Numbered from the stretch's first letter, positions 7,253 to 17,168 are shown. The stretch: DNA of 64,000 bases from a virus (IMGVR_UViG_3300020048_000105:9031-73030); one strand, 5' to 3'. Numbers and translations: made by a program. The notes: generated by a model from the letters alone, not told the origin.

Positions 7253-7264
7253 TAATTTTTTTTT
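7220..7264 (+). terminator. Intrinsic terminator ending the tmRNA coding piece
   Basis: CGGAGAGG-AGTGGC-TGAG-GTCGCT-A-CCTCTCCG followed by 9 T. Confidence 0.88.
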
Positions 7265-7313
7265 GCTAAATCTATCGAAAGATTGAGAATATATACTAAA
7301 AATAATAACGTCT

Positions 7314-7919
7314 ATGAGAGCAGGAAATTTTAATATCAATGACTATCTTGATAAACTATACGAAGCCGCTGAAGAGCAAGAAGCAAAGGAGAACGAAACG
7401 AAGGGAAAGGAAACAAAAGAAGCCGCTTCTGGTGTAAGTGATAGTGAAGGCTTGATTCTCCCAGAGGAAAACAAAAAGACATACAATTGGCTTAAGAAAG
7501 AATACAACGCCGGAAAGACAGAAGTAAAGGTCGAAATGAAAATGGGCGGTGCAAAGTTTGAACCGGGCTATGACCTCCAGACTGACCTCAAGTCCGTTAA
7601 TGACTTCAAGCCGGGAATGTTCGGCGAAGTAAAGACCGTTGACACACCAGGTGCCGACAAAACTAACAGCCCAGGTGCTCCTAACAGTCCCAACCTCACT
7701 TCAAAAGGAGGCAATCCAAATGCTAACACATCCAAACCTGCGCCTGCAAAGCCAGTTACATCACCAGCACCCGCAGGTGGAGCAAAACCTTTCGAAAAAG
7801 GCAAGGCTCCTGAAACTTCTGGAAAGAATCCGAATATAAGCAATAAGGAAGGTGGAGAAAAGGGAGAAGGAGAAAAAACGGAAGTAAAAAAAGTCGATCT
7901 CAAAACTAAGAAGAAATGA
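7314..7919 (+). CDS. Hypothetical low-complexity (Pro/Ala/Gly/Lys-rich) protein, late-promoter driven
   Basis: 201-aa ORF; GAATATATA at 7287-7295. Confidence 0.8.
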   Translation: MRAGNFNINDYLDKLYEAAEEQEAKENETKGKETKEAASGVSDSEGLILPEENKKTYNWLKKEYNAGKTEVKVEMKMGGAKFEPGYDLQTDLKSVNDFKPGMFGEVKTVDTPGADKTNSPGAPNSPNLTSKGGNPNANTSKPAPAKPVTSPAPAGGAKPFEKGKAPETSGKNPNISNKEGGEKGEGEKTEVKKVDLKTKKK

Positions 7920-8245
7920 TAAATGACAACGTGCTAGGCGACAGGCTTAACGCACACCTAAATAAGCCAGCGGAAACACAAACACAAGCTGACACCACAA
8001 AAGATTCTAACATAAAACGACAGTCGGCTTTGCAACTCTTAGCCGACTCGTTTGATGCTATCTGGTCGCTTCTTTCAATATTCGTAACCGCTTTCGTTTT
8101 AGGATTTGCAATCAGGACAATATCAGGCACAGGCTGGACATTCATAGAGTATATGATAATTGGCGTCGCAGTAAACACTGTGATGACATATGTGCATAAC
8201 TTAATACATGGAATGCCAAAGATAAAAATAAATTCAATTAAATGA
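7916..8245 (+). CDS. Small membrane protein
   Basis: Two hydrophobic segments in the C-terminal half; ATGA overlaps at both ends. Confidence 0.75.
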   Translation: MINDNVLGDRLNAHLNKPAETQTQADTTKDSNIKRQSALQLLADSFDAIWSLLSIFVTAFVLGFAIRTISGTGWTFIEYMIIGVAVNTVMTYVHNLIHGMPKIKINSIK

Positions 8246-8841
8246 CCAAATTCGTAGGATATCGTGCATGGCTCACAGAGAAAGCCACAGCAGAGCTTTT
8301 CAACCCTGTAAAGAGAGGCAAGCAATATAAGTTCAGCCCACAACAGCACCCTGAATTGGCACCTGAACTCTACGATCTCATAACTACTGCTTACGCAGAG
8401 CTAGGAGGCCACCTGAAAATCAAAGACCCCTCTGACGTTGTAAAGAACACAGAGTGGAACTACTGGGAAGGAACGGACATCCACGGAACACCTGACTTTG
8501 ACATCATAATGTTTGGACAGAAGACACCTTACGGCGTAAAGTTCTCGGGTGTGGGGCACGATGGCGAAAAGGACAGCAAACGCGCATACTTGGACCAGCG
8601 AGGAAAGGACTTGAAAAAGCCTGGATTCTTCCTCGAGTGCTCAGGAAAGCTCGCAGAAATACTCATCAACAAGTACGGGTGCCCAACCGTGGACGACCCA
8701 GAAGAAGTAAAGAAGATCATTCCTACCATGTCAAAGTGGATAGGAGAATACCCTGAACACTCAGGAAAGGGGTGGTACGAGAGACCTATCGGTGGCCAAG
8801 TTCACAAGAAAATTGTAGTAGGAAGACCTAAAAACGTATAA
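8242..8841 (+). CDS. Hypothetical protein
   Basis: 199-aa ORF, coupled start; no family recognised. Confidence 0.8.
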   Translation: MTKFVGYRAWLTEKATAELFNPVKRGKQYKFSPQQHPELAPELYDLITTAYAELGGHLKIKDPSDVVKNTEWNYWEGTDIHGTPDFDIIMFGQKTPYGVKFSGVGHDGEKDSKRAYLDQRGKDLKKPGFFLECSGKLAEILINKYGCPTVDDPEEVKKIIPTMSKWIGEYPEHSGKGWYERPIGGQVHKKIVVGRPKNV

Positions 8842-8844
8842 ATC

Positions 8845-9315
8845 ATGAACATCGCATTTTTTCACGGATTGGAGTCGCCGCCCGTATCAGACAAGACGGA
8901 GTTCCTCGAACAGTTCGACGCCTGGTGCCCGCCAATGGACTACTACGATCCCAAGCTTTTCGATAGGATTCTAAACGAGCTACAGAACAACAACACAGAG
9001 CTTCTAGTAGGTTCGTCAATGGGAGGCTGGTTTGCATATTGTCTATCAACTCTAACAGACATTCCTACACTTATTTTCAACCCAGCGTTGAACCAGCGAA
9101 CATTCAGTCCAAAGGTATACCGAGGAGACTTCGAACCGAAGCAGACTTTGATACTTGGCATATTCGACAACATCATCGATATAGACAAGACCGAAGAGTG
9201 GTTGGACACCAACAAGATCGAGAACTACGAAATACACTACGAAATGATGGGCCACAGAACGCCAATCGACATATTCACAAAATGGGTAAACAAAACAGTA
9301 AATGAGCAAAGCTAA
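8845..9315 (+). CDS. Alpha/beta hydrolase, YqiA/YcfP (UPF0227)-like esterase
   Basis: FFHGLES, nucleophile elbow VGSSMGG, LIFNPAL, downstream D and GH. Confidence 0.85.
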   Translation: MNIAFFHGLESPPVSDKTEFLEQFDAWCPPMDYYDPKLFDRILNELQNNNTELLVGSSMGGWFAYCLSTLTDIPTLIFNPALNQRTFSPKVYRGDFEPKQTLILGIFDNIIDIDKTEEWLDTNKIENYEIHYEMMGHRTPIDIFTKWVNKTVNEQS

Positions 9316-10012
9316 AATCATCGTGCTTGAAGGCCTCGACGGCTCAGGCAAATCAACTCAAATCGAACTCATAAAGGAGTTCTACCAATCAAAAGGACTT
9401 AAGCTAAAACACATTCATTTCCCAATGTACGGGCACAATGAAGCAAGCGCCGTCGTCTCGGCATACCTCAGAGGAGAGTACGGAGACATCAACACGGTGC
9501 GGCCTCAGTTCGTTGGGATGATATACGCAATGGACAGGTTCTTTTACCTTCCACAGTTGCTTATCGATCTCGAAGAAAACGATATCGTCCTCATGGACAG
9601 GTACGTGTTTTCAGGCATGGCATTTCAAGGAGCCAAGTTCAACCTTGAGCATGATGCTATACGCATAATGAACTGGCTCTACAACTACGAGTTCGATTTT
9701 CTCAAGCTCCCAATGTATGACCTTAGCATATTCATTGACGTTCCTATTGAATCTATCGAGGAGAGGTTAAAGATACGTGCCGACGATGAGAATCGAGATT
9801 ATCTCAATGGCAAAGCGGACATCCACGAAGCAGACATTGAGTTCCAAAAGAGAGTAAGGGATAACTACCTACGGATTTACAATGATGAAGTGTATTTCAA
9901 TTTCACAAGAAACATGAACAGACACGTTAAATGCGAGAAAATGACGCCAGCCGAGATATTCATGCAGTATGCAAAATTGCTCGAAACTGTTCTAACATAT
10001 CAAACACGATGA
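9302..10012 (+). CDS. tmk: Thymidylate kinase
   Basis: P-loop IVLEGLDGSGKSTQ, DR motif (DRYVFSGMAFQG), DIHE lid. Confidence 0.93.
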   Translation: MSKAKIIVLEGLDGSGKSTQIELIKEFYQSKGLKLKHIHFPMYGHNEASAVVSAYLRGEYGDINTVRPQFVGMIYAMDRFFYLPQLLIDLEENDIVLMDRYVFSGMAFQGAKFNLEHDAIRIMNWLYNYEFDFLKLPMYDLSIFIDVPIESIEERLKIRADDENRDYLNGKADIHEADIEFQKRVRDNYLRIYNDEVYFNFTRNMNRHVKCEKMTPAEIFMQYAKLLETVLTYQTR

Positions 10013-10260
10013 GAAAGAAAGAAAAAGTCGAGAGACACATATCGGAGTTCACCGACTGGAAGCTCCAGTTCACGCTCACAAAGCCAAAAGGCCTCTTAAG
10101 CGTAGGATTCTACGTGAGTCCTGAAGACTCGTGGTTCCTCGAGGTGGTAACTTACAAAACAAAATCAGGCTCGATATCAGAAACGAGCATGATAATCGAA
10201 AAAGATGCGGCAACTTGGAAGTCCCACTTGGGTACGCAGGGTTACACGGTCGTAAAATAA
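10009..10260 (+). CDS. Hypothetical protein
   Basis: ATGA overlap with the tmk stop supports a start at 10009. Confidence 0.7.
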   Translation: MRKKEKVERHISEFTDWKLQFTLTKPKGLLSVGFYVSPEDSWFLEVVTYKTKSGSISETSMIIEKDAATWKSHLGTQGYTVVK

Positions 10261-10394
10261 CACAAATTTAACACATAAAAATTGTACTTTTGGCAGCAAA
10301 TGTGTTATATTGGAATAAATACTTAAAACTTTTTGGATATTCATAGATATAATAAATAAATCTAAAAACTAAAATAACTTAAACTTTCACCGTT

Positions 10395-10700
10395 ATGTCA
10401 AAGAAAAATGAAGTGGACGCTGTCACAGCTCCAGTGGTTGACTCAGCTCAATCGATTGAACAAAACGCTTACGTACCTACGTACAAAATCAAACCCGAAT
10501 TCAAGAAAGCAGTCTTAGCTGCTATTGGAGATCGGCCATTCAACGAAATCGCTGGCCTCGTGCAAGCAATCGATGTGGACGTGATGGACCACCAAACACT
10601 TACTCAAGTTATGAATGCAATGGGTAACTTCCCATTCGTGAAGGTCGAAGGCCTCATGAAAAACATCGGTAATCTGGTAACACAAATTGTGGAAGATTGA
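10395..10700 (+). CDS. Hypothetical protein with internal helical repeat
   Basis: 101-aa ORF with two similar halves (IGDRPFNEI / MGNFPFVKV). Confidence 0.8.
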   Translation: MSKKNEVDAVTAPVVDSAQSIEQNAYVPTYKIKPEFKKAVLAAIGDRPFNEIAGLVQAIDVDVMDHQTLTQVMNAMGNFPFVKVEGLMKNIGNLVTQIVED

Positions 10701-10737
10701 TAATTGACGAAAGTGATATATAGAATAAACACATTCT

Positions 10738-11523
10738 ATGGATCATTTGAAAATTTATAATGAAATTATTGATAATGCTAAGAGTGAAAACCGTAAAAAA
10801 CTTAAACGTGAAAACATTCTATATCAATATTTTGAAAAGCATCATATTGTGCCAAGGTGCTTAAATGGCAGCGATGACAAAGATAATTTAATTTTACTTA
10901 CAGCAAAAGAACATTATCTTTGTCATCGCCTACTAATTCATATGTACCCTACTAATTTAGGTGTTAAATATGCTTTTTATAGAATGACGTTTGATAAAAA
11001 GGGTAAACACTTCATAAGTTCATTGGATTATGCATATGCAAGAGAATTGTATCATAGCATTCCAAAAAAATCACATTATGAACGATGGGTAGAAAAATAT
11101 GGCAAAGAAGAGGCGGATAGAAAATATACTAATATGATTTTTAAGCTTAAAAATCATATATTTTCAGATGAACATCGCAAAAATCTTAGTATACGTCAAA
11201 AAGGTATATCTAAACAACCTTTAACATCAGAACATAAACAAAAAATTAGCAAAGCAAATGAAGGACGACAAGTTTCGCTAGAAACCCGAGATAAAATATC
11301 TATTGCAAATTCAGGCAAAATATGTTCAAATGAAACAAGAGAAAAAATAAGTAAATCATTGGAAGGAAATGTTCTTTCTATTGAAACTAAAACAAAAATC
11401 TCTGATGGAAATAAGGGAAAGATTGTATCTGAAGAAACTAAACAAAAAATGCGCAAACCAAAATCGGCAGAGCATAAAGCAAATATTGCTAAAAATCATT
11501 GGAAACATAAAATTAAAACATAG
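10738..11523 (+). CDS. HNH homing endonuclease with NUMOD3 repeats
   Basis: YFEKHHIVPRCLNGSDDKDNLILLTAKEHYLCHRLL; repeated S.ET..KIS; own GATATATA promoter at 10715-10722. Confidence 0.88.
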   Translation: MDHLKIYNEIIDNAKSENRKKLKRENILYQYFEKHHIVPRCLNGSDDKDNLILLTAKEHYLCHRLLIHMYPTNLGVKYAFYRMTFDKKGKHFISSLDYAYARELYHSIPKKSHYERWVEKYGKEEADRKYTNMIFKLKNHIFSDEHRKNLSIRQKGISKQPLTSEHKQKISKANEGRQVSLETRDKISIANSGKICSNETREKISKSLEGNVLSIETKTKISDGNKGKIVSEETKQKMRKPKSAEHKANIAKNHWKHKIKT

Positions 11524-11553
11524 CCCACACATACACAAAAATAAATTTTCTAC

Positions 11554-12186
11554 ATGAGCAAAAAACAGTTAGGATTACAGACGATTGCATTGAATTTTAT
11601 TGAGGACAAGAGTAACAACAATTTTCGTGAGTTAATAAATCGCTTAAGGCCAGGGATCGTATCTTTCGCATACAAGTATGTTAAAGACAGAGACTTGGCG
11701 AACGAAGTATCTTCGAGAGTTTTTATCACAATTTGGAAAAAGATCGATCAGTATAAGACCCAGTACAACTTTTCAACCTGGGCTTATGCTATCGCAAAGA
11801 ATGAGGCATTAGGCATGCTTCGTAACAAAAACAAAACCATCTCACTGGATAAGTGCATGGCCGGAAACTCAAAGTTCTTTCAGTCATACAACCCATCCTT
11901 TTCGATGGACACAGAATGTATGGGACCACAAGGAGAGGACATCATTGACCAGCTCTATGATGCATCGATATCGGCGATCAAGCAGTTAGATCAACCTTAC
12001 CAAGCAGTAATGATTGAAAGGGAGATCAACAAAAAACCTCTAAGCGACATAGCGGACGACTTAGGTTGGAACCTTTCAACCGTTAAGACTCGCCTTCGTA
12101 AAGCTCGCAAGGATGTTGCCGACGTACTTCAGAAACAATACCCATCGCTCGTGGACTCATACTTCACCAGCCAAAATGAAGACTAA
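11554..12186 (+). CDS. ECF-type sigma-70 family RNA polymerase sigma factor
   Basis: Region 2 (DLANEV...VFITIWKKIDQY...FSTWAYAIAKNEAL) and region 4 HTH (LSDIADDLGWNLSTVKTRLRKARK). Confidence 0.9.
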   Translation: MSKKQLGLQTIALNFIEDKSNNNFRELINRLRPGIVSFAYKYVKDRDLANEVSSRVFITIWKKIDQYKTQYNFSTWAYAIAKNEALGMLRNKNKTISLDKCMAGNSKFFQSYNPSFSMDTECMGPQGEDIIDQLYDASISAIKQLDQPYQAVMIEREINKKPLSDIADDLGWNLSTVKTRLRKARKDVADVLQKQYPSLVDSYFTSQNED

Positions 12187-12187
12187 C

Positions 12188-12703
12188 ATGAAAAACAAAG
12201 AAGCTAAACCAGTTATGAAGCCATCCTTTTTTAAGAGGTTTGGCTTCAGCAACTGGGGTTTAGTCAAAGCGTACCGAGACATCGAGAACTTTCTCGATTG
12301 GAAACGTACGATCGACAAGCAGGTAGCTGACCCGAAATCACAGTACAACAAGTGGGGTCTGGAGCACACAAAGCTCTATGACATATTTACCACGGTGTCC
12401 ATTGATGAGCAGTACGGTAGCCTTCCTGAACAGATTCAGCGCACTCAGCTCGTAGAAATGCTCAACCCGCTACATCGTTACTTAGACGATGATCTTGGGT
12501 TCGCTGAGTGTTTGAACTGCGAGTTCAACCAGTTCGTTGATGAAAAAGAAAAACCAACACTCTCTTACTTGATCGTTTATCGTTTCAACTTCAACAAACT
12601 ATCGATCACTTGGATAGCTAAAATGTTGATATTGCTTGGTGTTCTATCTTACGGGGCATTTCACCTTTCAACTATCGTAGCATGGCTTTCCAGTTTGATG
12701 TAA
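12188..12703 (+). CDS. Hypothetical protein with C-terminal TM helix
   Basis: Start placed at the ATG just after the sigma stop; hydrophobic C-terminus. Confidence 0.75.
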   Translation: MKNKEAKPVMKPSFFKRFGFSNWGLVKAYRDIENFLDWKRTIDKQVADPKSQYNKWGLEHTKLYDIFTTVSIDEQYGSLPEQIQRTQLVEMLNPLHRYLDDDLGFAECLNCEFNQFVDEKEKPTLSYLIVYRFNFNKLSITWIAKMLILLGVLSYGAFHLSTIVAWLSSLM

Positions 12704-12707
12704 GTAT

Positions 12708-13484
12708 ATGGCATTCACATTCAACATTGAAAATATAAAATGGCAAAAAGGTTCTTATGGGCTGCCTGAGGCAGTCTATAAGATCAAAGTGCCAGGGATA
12801 ACTACGGTCATAGGCGAGATGCTTCCAAACCCCGAGTTCGACGCATTCGTAATAGAAGTTGGAAAGGAAAAGGCAGACCAGATCATGACGGCCGCTGGCA
12901 ACAGGGGAACCGCCATGCACACGTTTATTGAGACCTTTATGTCTACCTATTCGAAATCAGGCGATGTCTCTGAAGCCCTCAGAGTGACTCAAGAAGAAAG
13001 CCCGAAACTTTTGTTGGAAGAGAAAATACCTGAATCTAAGATAGAAGAGGGGCGGAAGCTCTTCTACAAGTTCTACTACTCAGAGTACCCACAACGCTAC
13101 AAGAACATCGTGGCAATCGAGATGGGAGTGTTCTCTCCTTCCTTGTTCTATCGAGGAAAGCTCGACATACTCTACAAAGACCCACTATTTGGTTTGTCTA
13201 TCACCGACTTGAAGTCTTCCAATGGGAGGATCAAAAAGGGAAGCTCCAAAGAGATATCGTATTTCTTCCAGCTTGGCGGATACGCAAACGCTTTTGAAGA
13301 GATGTACAAGGAGAAGAACATCGTAATCAACCAAGCATCGATACTTTGTGTCGATAAGCAGACCGACCTTTTGCAAGACATATCGTTGACTGGAACCGAG
13401 CTTGCAGAGTACAAAGAAAAGTTCAGAAACTTGGTAAAAGAGTACCATCGTAAAAATGGGCAAGAATACTTACTAACAAATTAA
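12708..13484 (+). CDS. PD-(D/E)XK (RecB/Cas4-like) exonuclease
   Basis: RGTAMH..IE, GKLDILY, ITDLKSS, QL..YA motifs. Confidence 0.87.
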   Translation: MAFTFNIENIKWQKGSYGLPEAVYKIKVPGITTVIGEMLPNPEFDAFVIEVGKEKADQIMTAAGNRGTAMHTFIETFMSTYSKSGDVSEALRVTQEESPKLLLEEKIPESKIEEGRKLFYKFYYSEYPQRYKNIVAIEMGVFSPSLFYRGKLDILYKDPLFGLSITDLKSSNGRIKKGSSKEISYFFQLGGYANAFEEMYKEKNIVINQASILCVDKQTDLLQDISLTGTELAEYKEKFRNLVKEYHRKNGQEYLLTN

Positions 13485-13536
13485 TGTCGACAGGCATGGA
13501 TTACAACGAATACAAAAACTAATACGAAACAATACT

Positions 13537-14154
13537 ATGGCAAAGAAAAAAGAACAAGAGCCTGAACTTATCATAACGAAGGGCGAAGAAAAAGAAGTGC
13601 AAGAACTACCAAAGCCTACGCCCGAAGAAGTTGAGCAGTACAAAGCCGATTTCGAAAAGAGCCTCGAGGACTTCCACGCAACTCGTTGGGACTTGGCAGA
13701 ATCGAAAGGAGCTTTCGCAAGCCAAGAAGTGGCTATGTTCCTCCTCGACTACATGAAGAGATTCGCAATGTGGTCGAAAAACGGATGGATGGGAATGATC
13801 AAGATGGACGAAGAGATCAAAGCAGCTCAAAAGGCCATCACCGACGAAGTTCCATTTAGTTTGGATTACCAGGGAATTGAGTTTTGTGCATACATGCTCC
13901 TGAACCCAGGTGGAATAGGACTCCAAGCTGCACTCGATTTCGAGACGATAGCTGACAAGTACGCAAAGGTGAGCATGACCGTTGCTAAACAACAAGAAGA
14001 CGCAAGGAAGACCTTAAGAGAAATCGCTTGGAAGCAAGAGAGATACACTGCAGGTGTTCAAGGATTCTACTTATCCGAGCTTGAGCCTGAAATCGAACAC
14101 GAAGTTGAAGTCGACGGAGAGGGAGAAGAATGTGACGACTGTGATCAAGACTAA
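13537..14154 (+). CDS. Hypothetical protein, acidic C-terminus with CxxC
   Basis: 205-aa ORF followed by a terminator. Confidence 0.8.
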   Translation: MAKKKEQEPELIITKGEEKEVQELPKPTPEEVEQYKADFEKSLEDFHATRWDLAESKGAFASQEVAMFLLDYMKRFAMWSKNGWMGMIKMDEEIKAAQKAITDEVPFSLDYQGIEFCAYMLLNPGGIGLQAALDFETIADKYAKVSMTVAKQQEDARKTLREIAWKQERYTAGVQGFYLSELEPEIEHEVEVDGEGEECDDCDQD

Positions 14155-14173
14155 TCAAGACAAACACTTTATG

Positions 14174-14204
14174 AAAGGCCTAAGCGAAAACTTAGGCCTT
14201 TTTT
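14174..14204 (+). terminator. Intrinsic terminator
   Basis: AAAGGCCTAAG/CTTAGGCCTTT stem plus T-run. Confidence 0.85.
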
Positions 14205-14246
14205 GTGTATATAAGATATGGATAAATAAAGCAAAATAGACTAAAC

Positions 14247-14567
14247 ATGACACCAAAACTCTTCTTTACAAACAACTGCAAGTACTTTGCCATCGCGTTC
14301 TTTGCGTTGTTTCTCATTAAATCGATGCAAAGCTGTAACCGAGGAAACGAGCTTGCAACGATGCAGCAAAAGTACGACACTATCGTATCTTCGCTAAATG
14401 AACAGAACTCACTTCTGATGGATAGCATAAAGACTCTACAGTTCAGCTTGTCAATGGCAAATCAGAGAGCTCAATCGTCCGAGGAAAAAGTGACTGCAGT
14501 GCAGAACACTGTCGATAAGATCAAAACAAACACAACCATCACAGTTAAAAGCGCTGAACAAAAATAA
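14247..14567 (+). CDS. Membrane-anchored coiled-coil protein
   Basis: N-terminal hydrophobic segment then heptad-rich region; GATAAATA promoter at 14221-14228. Confidence 0.75.
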   Translation: MTPKLFFTNNCKYFAIAFFALFLIKSMQSCNRGNELATMQQKYDTIVSSLNEQNSLLMDSIKTLQFSLSMANQRAQSSEEKVTAVQNTVDKIKTNTTITVKSAEQK

Positions 14568-14576
14568 TCTAATCTC

Positions 14577-15491
14577 ATGAATCTAAAGAACTTTAAAATC
14601 ACTTCAAGAGGTCTCTACTGGGGCCTGATCGTGGCGTTCGTTGCGCTTTACGTGTTCGTAGGCTTCGTATCAACGTTGCACTCTATCACATTCTTCCAGC
14701 TGGCAAACAGTATAGGCCTTGCAATATTGCTCGGTATAACTTACGAAGTAGGCCAAGCGGCTGTGTTATTCTCTGTGCTTATGACAAAGAACAAAGATCA
14801 GTTTCTTCCTTGGGTGTTAATGATACTTCTCACAGCTCTCCAAGTAACTGCAAACGTTTTTGCATCTTTCAAGTGGATGGTAGAAAGTAAAAGCACTGAC
14901 TGGATTTACTGGCAAAAAGCTATCCTCATAGGAGTCACAGCTACCCCTGAAACGTATATGATAATCATTGCATGGATAATCGGTGGTTTGCTACCAGTAG
15001 TTGCACTTGGAATGACAGCTCTTGTTGCAGCTCAGTTGAAGCACATTGAAGAATCACAGGAGCCTCAACTGACAGTCGATGATCTCATACCAACGCCTGC
15101 AACACGGGGAATGTACATGCCTGAAGCGGAAGTCCCTGATGTGTCAAAAAAAGCTAAGGAACCTATAGAAGAGGAAGCATACGTTCCTAAGTATAAAAGA
15201 TTTGTAAGTCCTCTAAAGAAAAAATCTCACATAGAGCGAGTGAGCGATATCACTAAGCTGACACCGCCGTCGAAAGGAGACGAAGCGATAGCTTTAATCG
15301 AGAAAGAAGAAAAAGCCAAAGTAAAAGAATCCATTAACCAAGAGATGCTGAGCAATCTGGTGCAACATGAGATACAGCCAGAGTCATTTAAAGACCCTGC
15401 AAATGAATCACAGGTCATCGATGTAGAAGCTGTACCGAAACCAAAAGTCGTGCAAGACTTTTGGGGAAACATTTTAAAGGAAGGAACGTAA
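14577..15491 (+). CDS. Polytopic membrane protein (4 TM segments) with disordered C-terminus
   Basis: Four hydrophobic segments in aa 13-150; charged Pro-rich tail. Confidence 0.8.
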   Translation: MNLKNFKITSRGLYWGLIVAFVALYVFVGFVSTLHSITFFQLANSIGLAILLGITYEVGQAAVLFSVLMTKNKDQFLPWVLMILLTALQVTANVFASFKWMVESKSTDWIYWQKAILIGVTATPETYMIIIAWIIGGLLPVVALGMTALVAAQLKHIEESQEPQLTVDDLIPTPATRGMYMPEAEVPDVSKKAKEPIEEEAYVPKYKRFVSPLKKKSHIERVSDITKLTPPSKGDEAIALIEKEEKAKVKESINQEMLSNLVQHEIQPESFKDPANESQVIDVEAVPKPKVVQDFWGNILKEGT

Positions 15492-15506
15492 AAGTTCCTT
15501 TTTTTT
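15481..15506 (+). terminator. Intrinsic terminator overlapping the stop codon
   Basis: AAGGAAC/GTTCCTT stem plus T-run. Confidence 0.7.
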
Positions 15507-15568
15507 GTGTGAGAAGAGACATTTGCATTTGTCAATGGTGAATAAATAATAAAAATAAGAGTACTCAC

Positions 15569-16570
15569 ATGACAGATTTATTCAACAATACTTCTAACGA
15601 CTACATATACCCGGACCTGCCGCAATGCGCAGGTGCGGCAGATGGCTACACTTTCGAGTTTCTTCCGGGAGAGCAAGTGGGGATCGTTTCAGGAAGCAAC
15701 ATAATTGCATCGATGGGGCTTGGCGACATAATGCAATCAGTCACAGGCTGGGTACAGCAAACGAAGGTATTACAGCCGGGCGAGCTAATATTCGTACAAG
15801 GAGGAACAAAAGGAATAACAAAAGCTACCCAGTATTTTTACATAACAGACACTTCGCTTTTGACGCACTCAAGAGATTACATGAGTGTTGACCTATCAAT
15901 AAACTACTACAACAACTTTAGATACAATTTAGGTACAACAGTCTCGGCAACATCAGACTTTGCAAATGGAATAGACATTGAAGCCGCATTAAACATGGCG
16001 TTCGATGCTAAAGGAATAAAAGTTCAAGCAACCTATACCGACGCTAGCTCTCTCGTATTCACAGGAACTCAGGAAGGCTACTACTACGATGTTACGATAG
16101 TTAACTCAAACACGTTCGTTCCAAATGCGAGTACGTTCGCAGAAGTTCTCGTTGAAGATGCTTCTCTATCAGTTCCTGCATTCAAGTACCCTAACTCAGC
16201 AATGCTTGGATACGTTCTTAAAGTTACTTACGACCCAGCTCTTTACGAGTACGCAAAGTGGATAGAGATTAACCACGTTCCAGACGAAATAACGCTTTTC
16301 ACAACTGCCGATGGAAGCACATACACCAGAGAAGTTAAGAGTGTAGACGTTGGAAAGAGTGGCACATCTTGCGACCCGACGGCCCTAAGTGCGGCAGACT
16401 ACCTAGACTACATCGAGACTAATAGCTTATGGGAAAAAGTAGGTGTTTTGAGGATGTGGCTTTCAACTAGTGACCCTGCCAATTCAAATATTGAGAACCT
16501 CATAACGGGATTCTATGTGTTCAATCCTACTACATCAGTAGTGAAAATTGATTATATGACTATAAACTAA
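15569..16570 (+). CDS. Putative virion structural protein
   Basis: T/S/Y/V-rich beta-type composition; GAATAAATA promoter at 15540-15548. Confidence 0.6.
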   Translation: MTDLFNNTSNDYIYPDLPQCAGAADGYTFEFLPGEQVGIVSGSNIIASMGLGDIMQSVTGWVQQTKVLQPGELIFVQGGTKGITKATQYFYITDTSLLTHSRDYMSVDLSINYYNNFRYNLGTTVSATSDFANGIDIEAALNMAFDAKGIKVQATYTDASSLVFTGTQEGYYYDVTIVNSNTFVPNASTFAEVLVEDASLSVPAFKYPNSAMLGYVLKVTYDPALYEYAKWIEINHVPDEITLFTTADGSTYTREVKSVDVGKSGTSCDPTALSAADYLDYIETNSLWEKVGVLRMWLSTSDPANSNIENLITGFYVFNPTTSVVKIDYMTIN

Positions 16571-16572
16571 GT

Positions 16573-17130
16573 ATGAAAAAGAAGAAATCGTTAAAAGAAT
16601 CGATGGGTGCTGGCTTCTCAATGACCAGTGGAGCTCGCAACATGTTTCGTTCGCGAGGAGGGTTTGGTGGAGCAAGCAACCTCGGTGGCGGCAACTCAAT
16701 GTACACATACGAGATAAAGCCTTTGAACCACACTCTTGAACCAAAGCCAAACACGGTAGACACAACAATAAACTTCATGAGGCTCGGTTCAAAGATATCG
16801 GCGGTGCCTCTAAGGACAAACGCAACACCTACTCAAGTACGTATTAGAGGAATACTCAAAGAGATAAAAGAAACTGAGAATGGATCTATAATGTACTATG
16901 TCGTATTCGACGAAGCTACAGCACAGATGGTAAAATGCGACCCACTAACTGCTAGGCTCATAATCGAAGACCCGGTGACCAAGCAGTACCCAGCGACTGA
17001 CACCATTCCAAGCGGAAGAGAGAAGAAGATAAAAGAAAAAGTTGCAGAAAAGAAAAAGAAGCAACTTGTCTCAGAAAACTTGATAGAATCGATCGAAAGA
17101 AAGAAGTACTTCAGAGGTTTCGACGAGTAA
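16573..17130 (+). CDS. Hypothetical protein
   Basis: 185-aa ORF, Gly-rich N-terminus, basic C-terminus. Confidence 0.8.
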   Translation: MKKKKSLKESMGAGFSMTSGARNMFRSRGGFGGASNLGGGNSMYTYEIKPLNHTLEPKPNTVDTTINFMRLGSKISAVPLRTNATPTQVRIRGILKEIKETENGSIMYYVVFDEATAQMVKCDPLTARLIIEDPVTKQYPATDTIPSGREKKIKEKVAEKKKKQLVSENLIESIERKKYFRGFDE

Positions 17131-17138
17131 ACGCACAA

Positions 17139-17168
17139 ATGGAGCTAAGTTTTTAAATTTAGCTCCAT
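17139..17168. terminator. Hairpin between convergent gene arms (likely bidirectional terminator)
   Basis: ATGGAGCTAA/TTAGCTCCAT 10-bp stem at the strand switch. Confidence 0.7.

Noticed and set aside
12708-13484. Cas4-like nuclease as part of a CRISPR system
   Set aside because: No repeat-spacer array or other cas genes in the window; stand-alone PD-(D/E)XK nucleases are common in phages.
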